From the NCBI GenBank assembly GCA_964490075.1, contig CAZBBK010000061.1, forward strand, positions 1 through 37,944: a stretch of DNA of 37,944 nucleotides, given 5' to 3'. Numbering within the stretch: position 1 is the first letter of the stretch; every line of letters begins with the position of its first letter. The notes under the pieces were generated by a model. That model searched no databases. It was not told the origin of the DNA and worked only from the letters and a program-made list of their open reading frames with translations. Both the position numbers and the translations under genes were made by a program. Below, in pieces: positions 26,505 to 34,935 of the stretch. The DNA is from an uncultured Gemmatimonadota bacterium (GTDB lineage Bacteria > GCA-2686955).

Positions 26505-27547
26505 CGCTCCAGATCCTCGGCGCCGCAGGGCGCGGTGGTGATGGTGCGCTCCTGGTCGGCGCACTGGGCCCCGATCCGCACCTCGGGCTCGGCTTTGCCG
26601 TCGCAGTAGCGAGCTGTCAGCGCGGCGGCGGCGCGCAGGTTGGCGTCGCTCGGCTCGCCCTGCAGAAGCGTCAAGGGACCGCGGAAGTCGCGCGCGAAGA
26701 GCTTCACTTCGGACTCGGCGTGGGCCTCGAGCACACGGTTCTCGTCCTCGTCGCGGCCGACGATCACCTTGGCGCGCTCACCGATGCGGAAGTGGCGGCC
26801 GGTGGCCAGCACGACCGCGTCGCGGGCGCCAAGCACGCGCTCGTCGAGGTGATCGAGGTAGTCGTAGAACTTGCGGGAATAGGCCTGGTCGGCCAGGTAG
26901 CAGCAGCCGCCGGCCGGCGAGGGGTAGTCCTCGATCCCCAGCTCCTCGGCCAGCGCCATCTGCGGCTTGCGCGAGCGGCCGGTGATGCGCCCGAGCCGTT
27001 CGCGATCGACCAGTCCCTCGTTCTCGGCATCGGAGGGTTTGCAGGAGCGCGCCGTGAGCGGGCGCACGATCTTGCCTTTCAGTCCCGAGGCCTCTTCGAT
27101 CACCTGCATCGGATGGCGCCGCTGCGACATCGGCCGCTGCCCCAGCACCTCGCCGGTGATGATGAAGTCCGCCCCGACCTCTTCCATGATCTGGCGCGCC
27201 TTGTTCAGCATGAAGATGCGACAGTCGATGCAGGGGTTGGCGTTGGCCCCGTAGCCGAAACGCGGGCTGACCACCATCTCCATGTAGTCCTTGGAGATGT
27301 CGACCAGCTCCACCTCGACCCCAAGGTCGGCGGCGGCGCGCAACGCTTCGTTGCGATAGGGCTCGCCCTTGCTGTTCTTGCGCCCCAGACCGCGCTTCGA
27401 CTCCACGACGCAGAAGCCGGTGTAGAAGTGCACCGCGTGCACCTCGACCCCGAGATCCTTCATCATGCGGATCGCGAGGGTCGAGTCGAGGCCGCCCGAC
27501 AGCAGAGCGACCGCCTTGGGGCGCTTGGTGTTCTCGGTGGAGCTCAC
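26492..27547 (-). CDS. ThiI/MnmA-like PP-loop tRNA thiouridylase with C-terminal DUF814-like domain
   Basis: ALLSGGLDS, NPCIDCR, TGEVLGQRPMSQ, YPSPAGGCCYL and GRHFRI..VIVGRDEDEN. Start uncertain (27547 chosen; ORF is open to 27625). Confidence 0.8.
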   Translation of the reverse strand: MSSTENTKRPKAVALLSGGLDSTLAIRMMKDLGVEVHAVHFYTGFCVVESKRGLGRKNSKGEPYRNEALRAAADLGVEVELVDISKDYMEMVVSPRFGYGANANPCIDCRIFMLNKARQIMEEVGADFIITGEVLGQRPMSQRRHPMQVIEEASGLKGKIVRPLTARSCKPSDAENEGLVDRERLGRITGRSRKPQMALAEELGIEDYPSPAGGCCYLADQAYSRKFYDYLDHLDERVLGARDAVVLATGRHFRIGERAKVIVGRDEDENRVLEAHAESEVKLFARDFRGPLTLLQGEPSDANLRAAAALTARYCDGKAEPEVRIGAQCADQERTITTAPCGAEDLERWRI

Positions 27548-27649
27548 TGCGCTTCGATCAGAGGGGGGGGATTGGTGGAGCGGAGGGCGCATCGGAGCGC
27601 ACTCGGGAATCGGCGAGCGTACCATGGTTGGACCGAATCGCGCTGTCGG

Positions 27650-29059
27650 TTATGTCGAAGCGTCGGCCCGACGGGCACCGATCCACGTCACGACCGAGGC
27701 CGCGGCGAAGCTCGGCACCAGCTCGTAAATCGCTCCCTTCAGCGCCGGCGTGAAGTACCAGACCAGCGTCACTCCGAATCCGGTGAGCATCGCCGCCGCC
27801 GCCCAGCGGTCGCGCACCGGGCCGATCCAGAGACGGGTCAGCAGCAGGGGACCGAAGGCGGCGCCCAGGGCGCTCCAGGCGAAGAGCACCGACTTGAAGA
27901 TCGTCTCTTGCACCACCAGCGCCGCGATCACCGCCGCGGCTCCGATCAGGAGCACCGCCAGGCGGTCGGCCAGCACCCGGCGGACGGTGCCGCGTCCGGG
28001 AAGATCGTGGGCGGCGGTCGCGCCACAGACCAGGAGCTGGCTGTCGGCGGTCGACATGATCGCGCTCAGCACCGCGGCGACGATGACGCCGGCCACCACC
28101 GGCGGGAAGAGATCGGTGCTGAGGCGGATCAGGATCGCCTCGTGGTCGCCCATGGCGTGCACCAGCACCCGCCCGCACCACCCCGCCACCAGCATGCCGT
28201 TGTAGATGATCAGGGCCCAGATCAGCGAGATCAGAGTGCCGGTGCGCACGTCGCGGTCGCTGCGCATCGCCATGAAGCGGTTCACCACGTGCGGCTGCCC
28301 GGGGTAGCCGAGCCCGATGCCGATCGTCCCGACCAGAAAGCCCGCCAGGATCAGGCCACTCTTGCCGGCCAGCGGGTCGAGCAGCGTCGGGTCGATGGCG
28401 CCCAGTCCGTCGAGCATCGGACCGAAGCCGCCGACGCGCACCAGAGCCGCCAGCGGCACCACGATCGCCGCCGCGGCCATCACCAGCCCCTGCAACAGGT
28501 CGGTCACCGACACCGCCCAGAAGCCGCCCGACATGGTGTAGATCAGCACGATCGCGCCGCCCAGGCAGATGGCCGCCGCGGGATCGATCGCGAGCGCCTC
28601 GGCGAAGGTCTTGCCGGCCGCCTGAAACTGCGACGCCACGTAGACCCCGAGCGAGAGCAGCACGATCGACGAGGCGATCCCGACCAGGGTGCGACGCATC
28701 GCCGGACGCGCGTCGTGAGCCAGCAGCTCGGTCAGAGTCACCGCGCCGCTGCGGGCGCCGAGCCGGCGCAGCCGAGGCGCCACCACCAGCCAGTTGAAGG
28801 CGAATCCCAGCACGCAGGCCGGCATCAGCCAAAAGGCGCTCAGCCCCTTCACATAGGCCGCTCCCGACACACCGAGCAGGGTCCAGGCCGACGACGACGA
28901 GGCCGCGGCGCTGAGCGAGGCTACCCAGGGACCGAGGCCCCGGTCGCCGAGGTAGAAGCCGGTGCCGTCGGCGCTGCGGCGCGCCGCCCAGGCGCCGATC
29001 CCCAGCAGCACGACCTTATAGACGACGAGGGTGGCGACGATCGCGAGCTCGGCACTCAT
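27650..29059 (-). CDS. putP: Sodium:proline symporter (SSS family)
   Basis: FYLGDRGLGPWVASLSAAASSSSAW, GGFWAVSVTDLLQG, LGYPGQPHVVNRFMA, AIMSTADSQLL and AWSALGAAFGP; SD GGAGG upstream of ATG 29059. Confidence 0.88.
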   Translation of the reverse strand: MSAELAIVATLVVYKVVLLGIGAWAARRSADGTGFYLGDRGLGPWVASLSAAASSSSAWTLLGVSGAAYVKGLSAFWLMPACVLGFAFNWLVVAPRLRRLGARSGAVTLTELLAHDARPAMRRTLVGIASSIVLLSLGVYVASQFQAAGKTFAEALAIDPAAAICLGGAIVLIYTMSGGFWAVSVTDLLQGLVMAAAAIVVPLAALVRVGGFGPMLDGLGAIDPTLLDPLAGKSGLILAGFLVGTIGIGLGYPGQPHVVNRFMAMRSDRDVRTGTLISLIWALIIYNGMLVAGWCGRVLVHAMGDHEAILIRLSTDLFPPVVAGVIVAAVLSAIMSTADSQLLVCGATAAHDLPGRGTVRRVLADRLAVLLIGAAAVIAALVVQETIFKSVLFAWSALGAAFGPLLLTRLWIGPVRDRWAAAAMLTGFGVTLVWYFTPALKGAIYELVPSFAAASVVTWIGARRADAST

Positions 29060-29124
29060 GGTCATTCCTCCGCTTCCGATCGGTGAGGGTAGCAACCGGT
29101 GCGTTGGCTGGCGCCATCGATGCG

Positions 29125-29182
29125 CTCGACAAAATTGTCGAGAACCGCGCCACCCGTCGAGATGCTCGACGAAATTGTCGAA
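29125..29182. promoter_or_regulatory. Two palindromic operator-like sites 40 bp apart
   Basis: CTCGACAAAATTGTCGAG (29125-29142, perfect 8-2-8 dyad) and CTCGACGAAATTGTCGAA (29165-29182) in a divergent intergenic region. Confidence 0.65.
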
Positions 29183-29342
29183 ACAGGGATGCGGCTGCGC
29201 CGTGGTGATGTCTGGGCCGTGCTCGCAACTTATTGATAATCAACTAGTTGTTCGTTGTCAGCTGAGGCGGGCACGGCGATTGCGTAGAGGGCAAGCCACG
29301 CGGCCGGCGGGTTGTCCCCGGCCCCGCAACCGGGAGATCCCG

Positions 29343-29570
29343 ATGAAGTTCTTCAGCAAGCTGCCCCTGGCTCTCGGAGCCGCCGCCCTGATGGTCGGTG
29401 GCCTCCAGCTCTCGATCCCCGCCGTCGCCTCCGCCGGCGATTGCGAGGATCGCTGCGCCCACATGGCGCGGCAGAAGTACGAGCGCTGTGTCAACGCCGG
29501 TCACGACCGCGAGCGCTGTGCCCATTGGGCTCGCGACCAGTACCGTCGCTGCGTCCGCGAGCACTGCTAG
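29343..29570 (+). CDS. Small secreted six-cysteine peptide with internal tandem repeat
   Basis: GGGAG SD, signal peptide MKFFSKLPLALGAAALMVGGLQLSIPAVASA, predicted 44-aa mature part GDCEDRCAHMARQKYERCVNAGHDRERCAHWARDQYRRCVREHC, GC3-rich codons. Confidence 0.85.
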   Translation: MKFFSKLPLALGAAALMVGGLQLSIPAVASAGDCEDRCAHMARQKYERCVNAGHDRERCAHWARDQYRRCVREHC

Positions 29571-29598
29571 GTCGGACCGCGACCACGCAGCAGCGAAC

Positions 29599-29633
29599 GA
29601 TCCGCCGCGCCATCCCCCCCGGCGCGGCGGATC
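29599..29633 (+). other. Intergenic stem-loop without U-tract
   Basis: Perfect 13-bp stem GATCCGCCGCGCC/GGCGCGGCGGATC with a 9-nt loop. Confidence 0.7.
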
Positions 29634-29675
29634 CTCGCGCCCCGGCGCCAGCGTGCGGGGCGAGGCGAGAAGCCC

Positions 29676-30269
29676 ATGACTCGATCGATCATCTTCTTTG
29701 CGCTCTTCGTCGTCGGCCTGTCGACCGAGGTGGTCTTGCTGGCCCGCCAGGGGCGTCTGCTCAGCGCGGAGCTGGAGCGCGCGCTCGCCAGCCTGCACGC
29801 CACCCAGGCGGAGCTGGCCAAGGCGCTCAGTGATCGGCCCTTCGAAGGCGCCGCCGCCACCCCCTTCGAGCTCACCGCGCTCGACGGCGAGACCGTCTCC
29901 CTGGGAGCCGGCCCCTCGTTCGTCGTCTTCTTCTCCACCACCTGCCCCGCCTGCAACGACGACGCACCGATCTGGGGCGACCTCTATCGGGACTACGCCG
30001 AGTCGGGTGTGCGTTTCGTCGGCATCTGCGTGGACGACGAGGAAGACGACTCGGCCGCGCTCTTCGCCGACCGCTTCGGCGTCGACTTCCCGGTGATCGA
30101 CACCGAGGATCCGCGTGTCGCCCTGGCCTACCGCGCCGACTACCTGCCGCGCCGAGTGCTGATCGACGCCCAGGGCAAGATCGCCTGGGCCGACCGGATC
30201 GACGCCCCCTTCGGTGTCGAAGGCGAGGGCGAGGTGCGCGCGGCGCTGGATGCGTTGATCGCGGGGTGA
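29676..30269 (+). CDS. Membrane-anchored TlpA/MauD-like thiol-disulfide oxidoreductase
   Basis: N-terminal TM ending in LLARQ, helical linker, PFELTALDGETVSL, FFSTTCPAC (CxxC) and cis-Pro loop YLPRRVLID. Confidence 0.85.
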   Translation: MTRSIIFFALFVVGLSTEVVLLARQGRLLSAELERALASLHATQAELAKALSDRPFEGAAATPFELTALDGETVSLGAGPSFVVFFSTTCPACNDDAPIWGDLYRDYAESGVRFVGICVDDEEDDSAALFADRFGVDFPVIDTEDPRVALAYRADYLPRRVLIDAQGKIAWADRIDAPFGVEGEGEVRAALDALIAG

Positions 30270-30317
30270 GGGGGCGGCGGATCGTGGTCCTTGGCCCGCC
30301 CTCGATCACCGCCGCCG

Positions 30318-30677
30318 CTACGCTCTTTCGTACCAGGTCCCCCGACCCTGACCTCGTCTGACCAAGCGACCCGCCGCCACGAGCTTGCCCAAGTGGTCCT
30401 TCAGTTCGGCACAGCCCGCGACTTCTTGCTCGTCGCGGGAGCGGAACGAACTCGTGTCCAGTCCGGACAGCAAGCGCTCGATCTCTTCATCGCGCAGCTT
30501 GACGCCCTCGATTCGAGTCGAAGATCCCACCGACTCGATGGTGACCACGCGCTCGAGCGCCGACAAGCGCTCCGGAGCCAGGTTTCCCAACGCCTCCCAG
30601 CGCCCTTTGAACTCGTCGATCTCGGCGATCATGCGGAGCAGCTCGGGAGTGATGATGGCTTGATCGAGTGGGTCCAT
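30318..30677 (-). pseudogene. Fic-family gene with in-frame deletion of the catalytic core
   Basis: N-terminus ITPELLRMIAEIDEFKGRW...TIESVGSSTRIEG...RDEQEVAG is joined directly to an HTH-like tail LKDHLGKLV..GRL...GQGRGTWY; no HPFxxGNGR motif. Confidence 0.8.
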
Positions 30678-30685
30678 CCTCGACC

Positions 30686-30760
30686 CCCATGAATCGATCC
30701 ACATTTATCCACTTATTGGCCGCTGCCAACCAATGGGATAAATGTGGGCAAAATCATGGG
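30686..30760. promoter_or_regulatory. AT-rich imperfect inverted repeat upstream of the Fic remnant
   Basis: CCACATTTATCC (30699-30710)/GGATAAATGTGG (30736-30747), flanked by CCCATGA/TCATGGG. Confidence 0.6.
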
Positions 30761-30818
30761 TGGAATACGCCGCCTCCAAGCGCATCCCGCCAAAGACGAG
30801 ACGATCCTCGCCGCCGCC

Positions 30819-32243
30819 CTACTCCTCCGCGAACACCCCCGAAAGCCACTCGATCGAGACCGGGATGCGGTCGCGGATCATGTCGGTGTGGCCGCCCGCG
30901 AAGGTCTCGAAAGTGACCTGGCCGGCGCCGAGCATGCCCTCCGTGGTGGTCACGAAGTCGGCCACGTCGTCGGCCAGCCCCAGGTCGTCGAAGGTTCCGA
31001 CGTCGATGAAGAAGTCGGTGTCCTGGACCAGCAAGGTGCCCGCCACCAGCGCGTCTTGCATCAGGGTCTCGGCATCGTGGTTGGCCAGCCACTCGTCCGA
31101 GAAGATCGATGTGACGGTGTCGCCCAGGGCGTCGATCGGCAGTTGGGCCCCGATCCACACGTCGTCGCGCAAGGTCGGCGTTTCGTCGCCGGCCACGATC
31201 GAGAGGGGGTACTGGTAGTTGTCGAGCTGCGAGAGCGGATTGGTGAAGAGCTCGGGATCGAGCTCGCCGGCGTAGGTGGTGTCGCCCAGCCCGAGCGCCA
31301 CCTGGGCACCCATGTCGAAGGATGCGAGGGTGCCGGCGATCGGTGAGAAGGCGCCCGCCAGGGCGAAGGAGAAGGTGGTGAAGACCGCGTTCTCGTCGCC
31401 GATCAGCGCCGCGGAGCCGGCGTTGAGCGCATCGGCGTCGAGCACCGCCTTGGTCTCGGCGAGCAGGATCTGCGGCACCGAGAGGCCGATCAGGGGGTCG
31501 ACGTCGAGGAAGTTCTCGAAGGCCAGGGGCGCCGAATGGGCCACGACCGCCGAGAAGACCGGCACGGTCTGGGCGATCAGGGTCGCGCCGTAGCCGCCCA
31601 TCGAGAGCCCGCCGATCGCCCGGCCGGTGGGAAGGAAGGGATCGCCGGCTCCGAGACCGGCCAGGGTGATCGGGGTCGGTGTGGCGGTGTTGTAGGTCGC
31701 CTCGACCTGCTCCATGACGCCCAGGATGTAGCTCTTGTAAGCGCCGAAGGCGACGTTCTCGGGAACCGCGACGCCGATGCCCTCGTCGAACACCGAATCG
31801 GTGTAGAAGCTGCCGATCAGGTCGCTCATGCCGTTCGGCATCACCACGATCATCGGGTCGATCGTGCCCTCGGCGATCAGCGCGTCGAGGATCTCCGGCA
31901 GGCCGACGGTCTGGAGCCAGGCCCAGGCATCGTTGCCGAAGCCGTGCAACAGGTAGAACACCGGATAGCCGCTGGCATCGGTCGCGGAGTAGTCCGGCGG
32001 GAGATAGATGAGGAAGGTCGGGGCCTGTTTGGCCAGGTCGAGCCCGAGCGTACCGAGGGTGTGCTGGGTGCCGCCGATCATGTCCGCGACGGCGGCGCTC
32101 ACGGCGACTTCGCTGACGCGCCGGTCGGGGGCGAGGGCGCCGGGACCGGAGGGATCGTCCGCGCAACCGGCGCTCATCATTCCCGCCAGGGCGAGGGCGA
32201 GACCGGTCTTCATAGACATGGGGAGATCGATGATCGAGCGCAT
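30819..32243 (-). CDS. Alpha/beta-hydrolase esterase lipoprotein (CE1/Fes-like)
   Basis: SD GAGGAG, lipobox-like MSAGC, IYLPPDY, YPVFYLLHG, PMIVVMP, nucleophile elbow GLSMGG, DVGTFD and GGH. Confidence 0.88.
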   Translation of the reverse strand: MRSIIDLPMSMKTGLALALAGMMSAGCADDPSGPGALAPDRRVSEVAVSAAVADMIGGTQHTLGTLGLDLAKQAPTFLIYLPPDYSATDASGYPVFYLLHGFGNDAWAWLQTVGLPEILDALIAEGTIDPMIVVMPNGMSDLIGSFYTDSVFDEGIGVAVPENVAFGAYKSYILGVMEQVEATYNTATPTPITLAGLGAGDPFLPTGRAIGGLSMGGYGATLIAQTVPVFSAVVAHSAPLAFENFLDVDPLIGLSVPQILLAETKAVLDADALNAGSAALIGDENAVFTTFSFALAGAFSPIAGTLASFDMGAQVALGLGDTTYAGELDPELFTNPLSQLDNYQYPLSIVAGDETPTLRDDVWIGAQLPIDALGDTVTSIFSDEWLANHDAETLMQDALVAGTLLVQDTDFFIDVGTFDDLGLADDVADFVTTTEGMLGAGQVTFETFAGGHTDMIRDRIPVSIEWLSGVFAEE

Positions 32244-32473
32244 GTTGAAGGACTCCTCTTCGAATTCGTGACCGCATCGAGGGCTGGCGAAGGCGCTCGC
32301 CCGTGAGCACAACTGCGGAGCATCTGCTTGTACAGCAATCCCTGGGAGCCGTCAACGTTGGACCCCGCCTCCGAAGCTGCTAGAGTCCCGCGGTTCCAGC
32401 TTTGGACCTCCCAAAGGTGCGCGCCTGGAGCGCGCCGGTGCACCCGGTCCGGCTCCAGAGAAAGGCAATCGGC

Positions 32474-34885
32474 ATGAAGAGACAGCCATCGATCGGCGGA
32501 ATCGGCCTCGTGCTGGTCCTCCTCGCGGCGTTCCCCGCCCTGGCGGCGAACCTCACCGGGACCATATCGGACTCCGAATCCGGCAGGCCCCTGCCATCGG
32601 CCAACATCGAGGTCGTGGACCAAGAGGGCCTCGGCACCGCCAGCCGCACCAACGGCAGCTATCGCCTAGATCTGCCGGCGGGACGCCACACCTTGCGCGT
32701 CAGCTTCCTCGGCTACGAGACCTTCGAGGGAGTCGTCGAGGTGGCGGTGGCCGGCAGCCGGCGCGACATCGGCCTCGACCTGACCTCGGTCTTCCTCGAT
32801 CCGATCGTGATCTCCGCGTCGCGTCACGCTGAGAAGATCACCGAGGCCCCGGCCGCGATCACCGTCATCGGAGCCGCCGAGCTGCAAGCCCGCGAGACCT
32901 CCACCGCGGCCGAGCACATCGCCGCCGTCAAGGGGGTCGACTACACCAAGTCCGGCCTCGACACCTACCAGATCAACGCCCGCGGCATGAACTCGACTTT
33001 CCCGCGGCGCATGCTGGTGATGACCGACAATCGCTCGAATCTGCTGCCCGGTATCGGCATCGTGCGCTGGAGCATGCTGACCGCCGCGGCGCCGGACATC
33101 GACCGGATCGAGGTGGTGACGGGACCGGCCTCCGCTCTTTACGGCAACGCCGCCCTCTCGGGCACGGTGCTGATGCAGACCAAGTCCCCGCTCGACGAGC
33201 AGGGCCTGAGCGCCACCCTGTCCGGCGGCGAGCGCAACACCATGAAGGTGGCGGCCCGCTACGCGGGACTGGCGAACGACGACCTGGGCTACAAGATCTC
33301 CGTGGAGCGCTTCCAGGGCGAGGATTGGGAACGCGTCGACGAGACCAGGAACTGGTACGTCAGCGTGCAGGAGCCGACGCTGGAAAACCCGCTCACGGTC
33401 TACAACGCCGACGGCACCGAGCGGATGGTCGTCACCAGCCCCGACTTCAACGTCGAGAACACCCATGTCGACGGGCGTGTCGACTGGGATCTCACCGAGA
33501 CCGGCAGGCTGTCGCTGTACGGAGGTTGGTCGCAGACCAATAGCATCACTTTGACCGGGCTCGGTCGCTACCAGATCAAGGACTGGCAGACCGGCTATGG
33601 ACAGCTCGCCTACCGCGACGACCGCTTCTTCGTGCAGGCCTACATGACCGGCAACGACGCCGGAGATACCTACAATCTGGTCAACGGCGCGTCGATCATC
33701 GACAACTCCGTCGCATACGATCTCGAGGCGCAGCACAACTTCACGCTCGGCGACCGCATGGATGTGATCTGGGGCGGCAACTATCGCCAGCTCAACAACG
33801 ATTCCGAAGGCACCTTCATTCCCGAAAAGAAGACCTTCGATCTGTTCGGCGCCTACGTGCAGGCCGAGTACGAGCTGGCGGCCACGCTCGACCTGATCGG
33901 CGCGTTCCGTCTAGACACCCACACCGAGACCGACGCCCAGTACTCGCCGAAGGCGGGATTCGTCTGGAAGCCGGTCGGCAACCACACCTTCCGCGCCACC
34001 TACAACAAGGCCTTCCAGAACCCGATCTTCACCGAGTTCTTCCTGGAGCTGCCGGTGGGAGATCTCCCCGCGGTCGACCAGAACGGCATCGTCATCCTGG
34101 CCGCCGACTCGTTGACCGGAGAGATCGGACCGATGCTGGTGCCCGGCTATGCCACCGGCAATCCCGACATCAAGCCGGAGGAGATCACCACCTTCGAATT
34201 CGGCTACCAGGGTCTGATCGCCGAGAAATGGCTCGCGTCGTTCGACGTCCACCACAGCCGCTACGCCGATTTCATCTCCGACCTGTTGCCCTACTACGGC
34301 CCTCTGACCGAGCTGCCGCAGATCGACATCGATCTGGACGGCTCGCCGAACCCCTTGCCGGGCCGGGCGCGCCGCGACGCCCAGGGCAACGTCATCGGTT
34401 ATGACTTCATCGGCTACACGAACTTCGGACCGGTCGACGTGCTCGGGTTCGACATCGGGCTGACCTACATGGTCACGCCCGAGCTGCAGCTCGGCGCCAC
34501 CTACTCCTACCTGAGCGCCGGCGACATCGAGGCGATCGAGAACGAGGCCGACTTCGCCACCGATCCGCTCAGCGGAGTGCTGGTGGGCGATCCCCTCAAC
34601 GCACCGGAGAACAAGTTGTCGCTCAGTGGGCTCTATCGCGCCGACAACGGCTGGTCCGGCTCGTTCGGATTGCGCTGGATCGAGGAGTTCGAGTGGGGCG
34701 CCGGTCTCTACCAGGGCACGGTCCCCAGCTACACCGTGGTCGATGGCTCGCTCGGCTACGCGATCACCGACAACGTCGAGCTGTCGATCATCGGCACCAA
34801 CATCCTCGACGAGGAGCACATCGAGCTGATCGGCGCGCCGGCGATCGGGCGCCAGCTCATCGGCCGGATTTCGGTGAGCATGTAA
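32474..34885 (+). CDS. TonB-dependent receptor with N-terminal carboxypeptidase-regulatory-like domain
   Basis: Signal peptide; LTGTISD...SFLGY domain; IVISASR, APAAITVI, INARG and IDRIEVVTGPASALYG plug motifs; GNPDIKPE and NILDEEH barrel motifs. Confidence 0.95.
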   Translation: MKRQPSIGGIGLVLVLLAAFPALAANLTGTISDSESGRPLPSANIEVVDQEGLGTASRTNGSYRLDLPAGRHTLRVSFLGYETFEGVVEVAVAGSRRDIGLDLTSVFLDPIVISASRHAEKITEAPAAITVIGAAELQARETSTAAEHIAAVKGVDYTKSGLDTYQINARGMNSTFPRRMLVMTDNRSNLLPGIGIVRWSMLTAAAPDIDRIEVVTGPASALYGNAALSGTVLMQTKSPLDEQGLSATLSGGERNTMKVAARYAGLANDDLGYKISVERFQGEDWERVDETRNWYVSVQEPTLENPLTVYNADGTERMVVTSPDFNVENTHVDGRVDWDLTETGRLSLYGGWSQTNSITLTGLGRYQIKDWQTGYGQLAYRDDRFFVQAYMTGNDAGDTYNLVNGASIIDNSVAYDLEAQHNFTLGDRMDVIWGGNYRQLNNDSEGTFIPEKKTFDLFGAYVQAEYELAATLDLIGAFRLDTHTETDAQYSPKAGFVWKPVGNHTFRATYNKAFQNPIFTEFFLELPVGDLPAVDQNGIVILAADSLTGEIGPMLVPGYATGNPDIKPEEITTFEFGYQGLIAEKWLASFDVHHSRYADFISDLLPYYGPLTELPQIDIDLDGSPNPLPGRARRDAQGNVIGYDFIGYTNFGPVDVLGFDIGLTYMVTPELQLGATYSYLSAGDIEAIENEADFATDPLSGVLVGDPLNAPENKLSLSGLYRADNGWSGSFGLRWIEEFEWGAGLYQGTVPSYTVVDGSLGYAITDNVELSIIGTNILDEEHIELIGAPAIGRQLIGRISVSM

Positions 34886-34935
34886 CGAAAGCCCTTCGAC
34901 GGAAGATCGAGAGTCTCGCCCCGGGGTGCATCGGA

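Noticed and set aside
29343-29570. Peptide as methylamine dehydrogenase small subunit, c-type cytochrome or radical-SAM/lanthipeptide precursor
   Set aside because: Too short with only one Trp, no CxxCH motif, no Ser/Thr in the mature part and no such modifying enzymes nearby.
30705-30713. DnaA box-like TTATCCACT
   Set aside because: Single 8/9 match that is part of a larger dyad; no box cluster or origin-linked genes.
32260-32274. 15-bp identity (TCGAATTCGTGACCG) with the repeat end at 10148-10162
   Set aside because: Similarity does not extend on either side; cannot be distinguished from chance.
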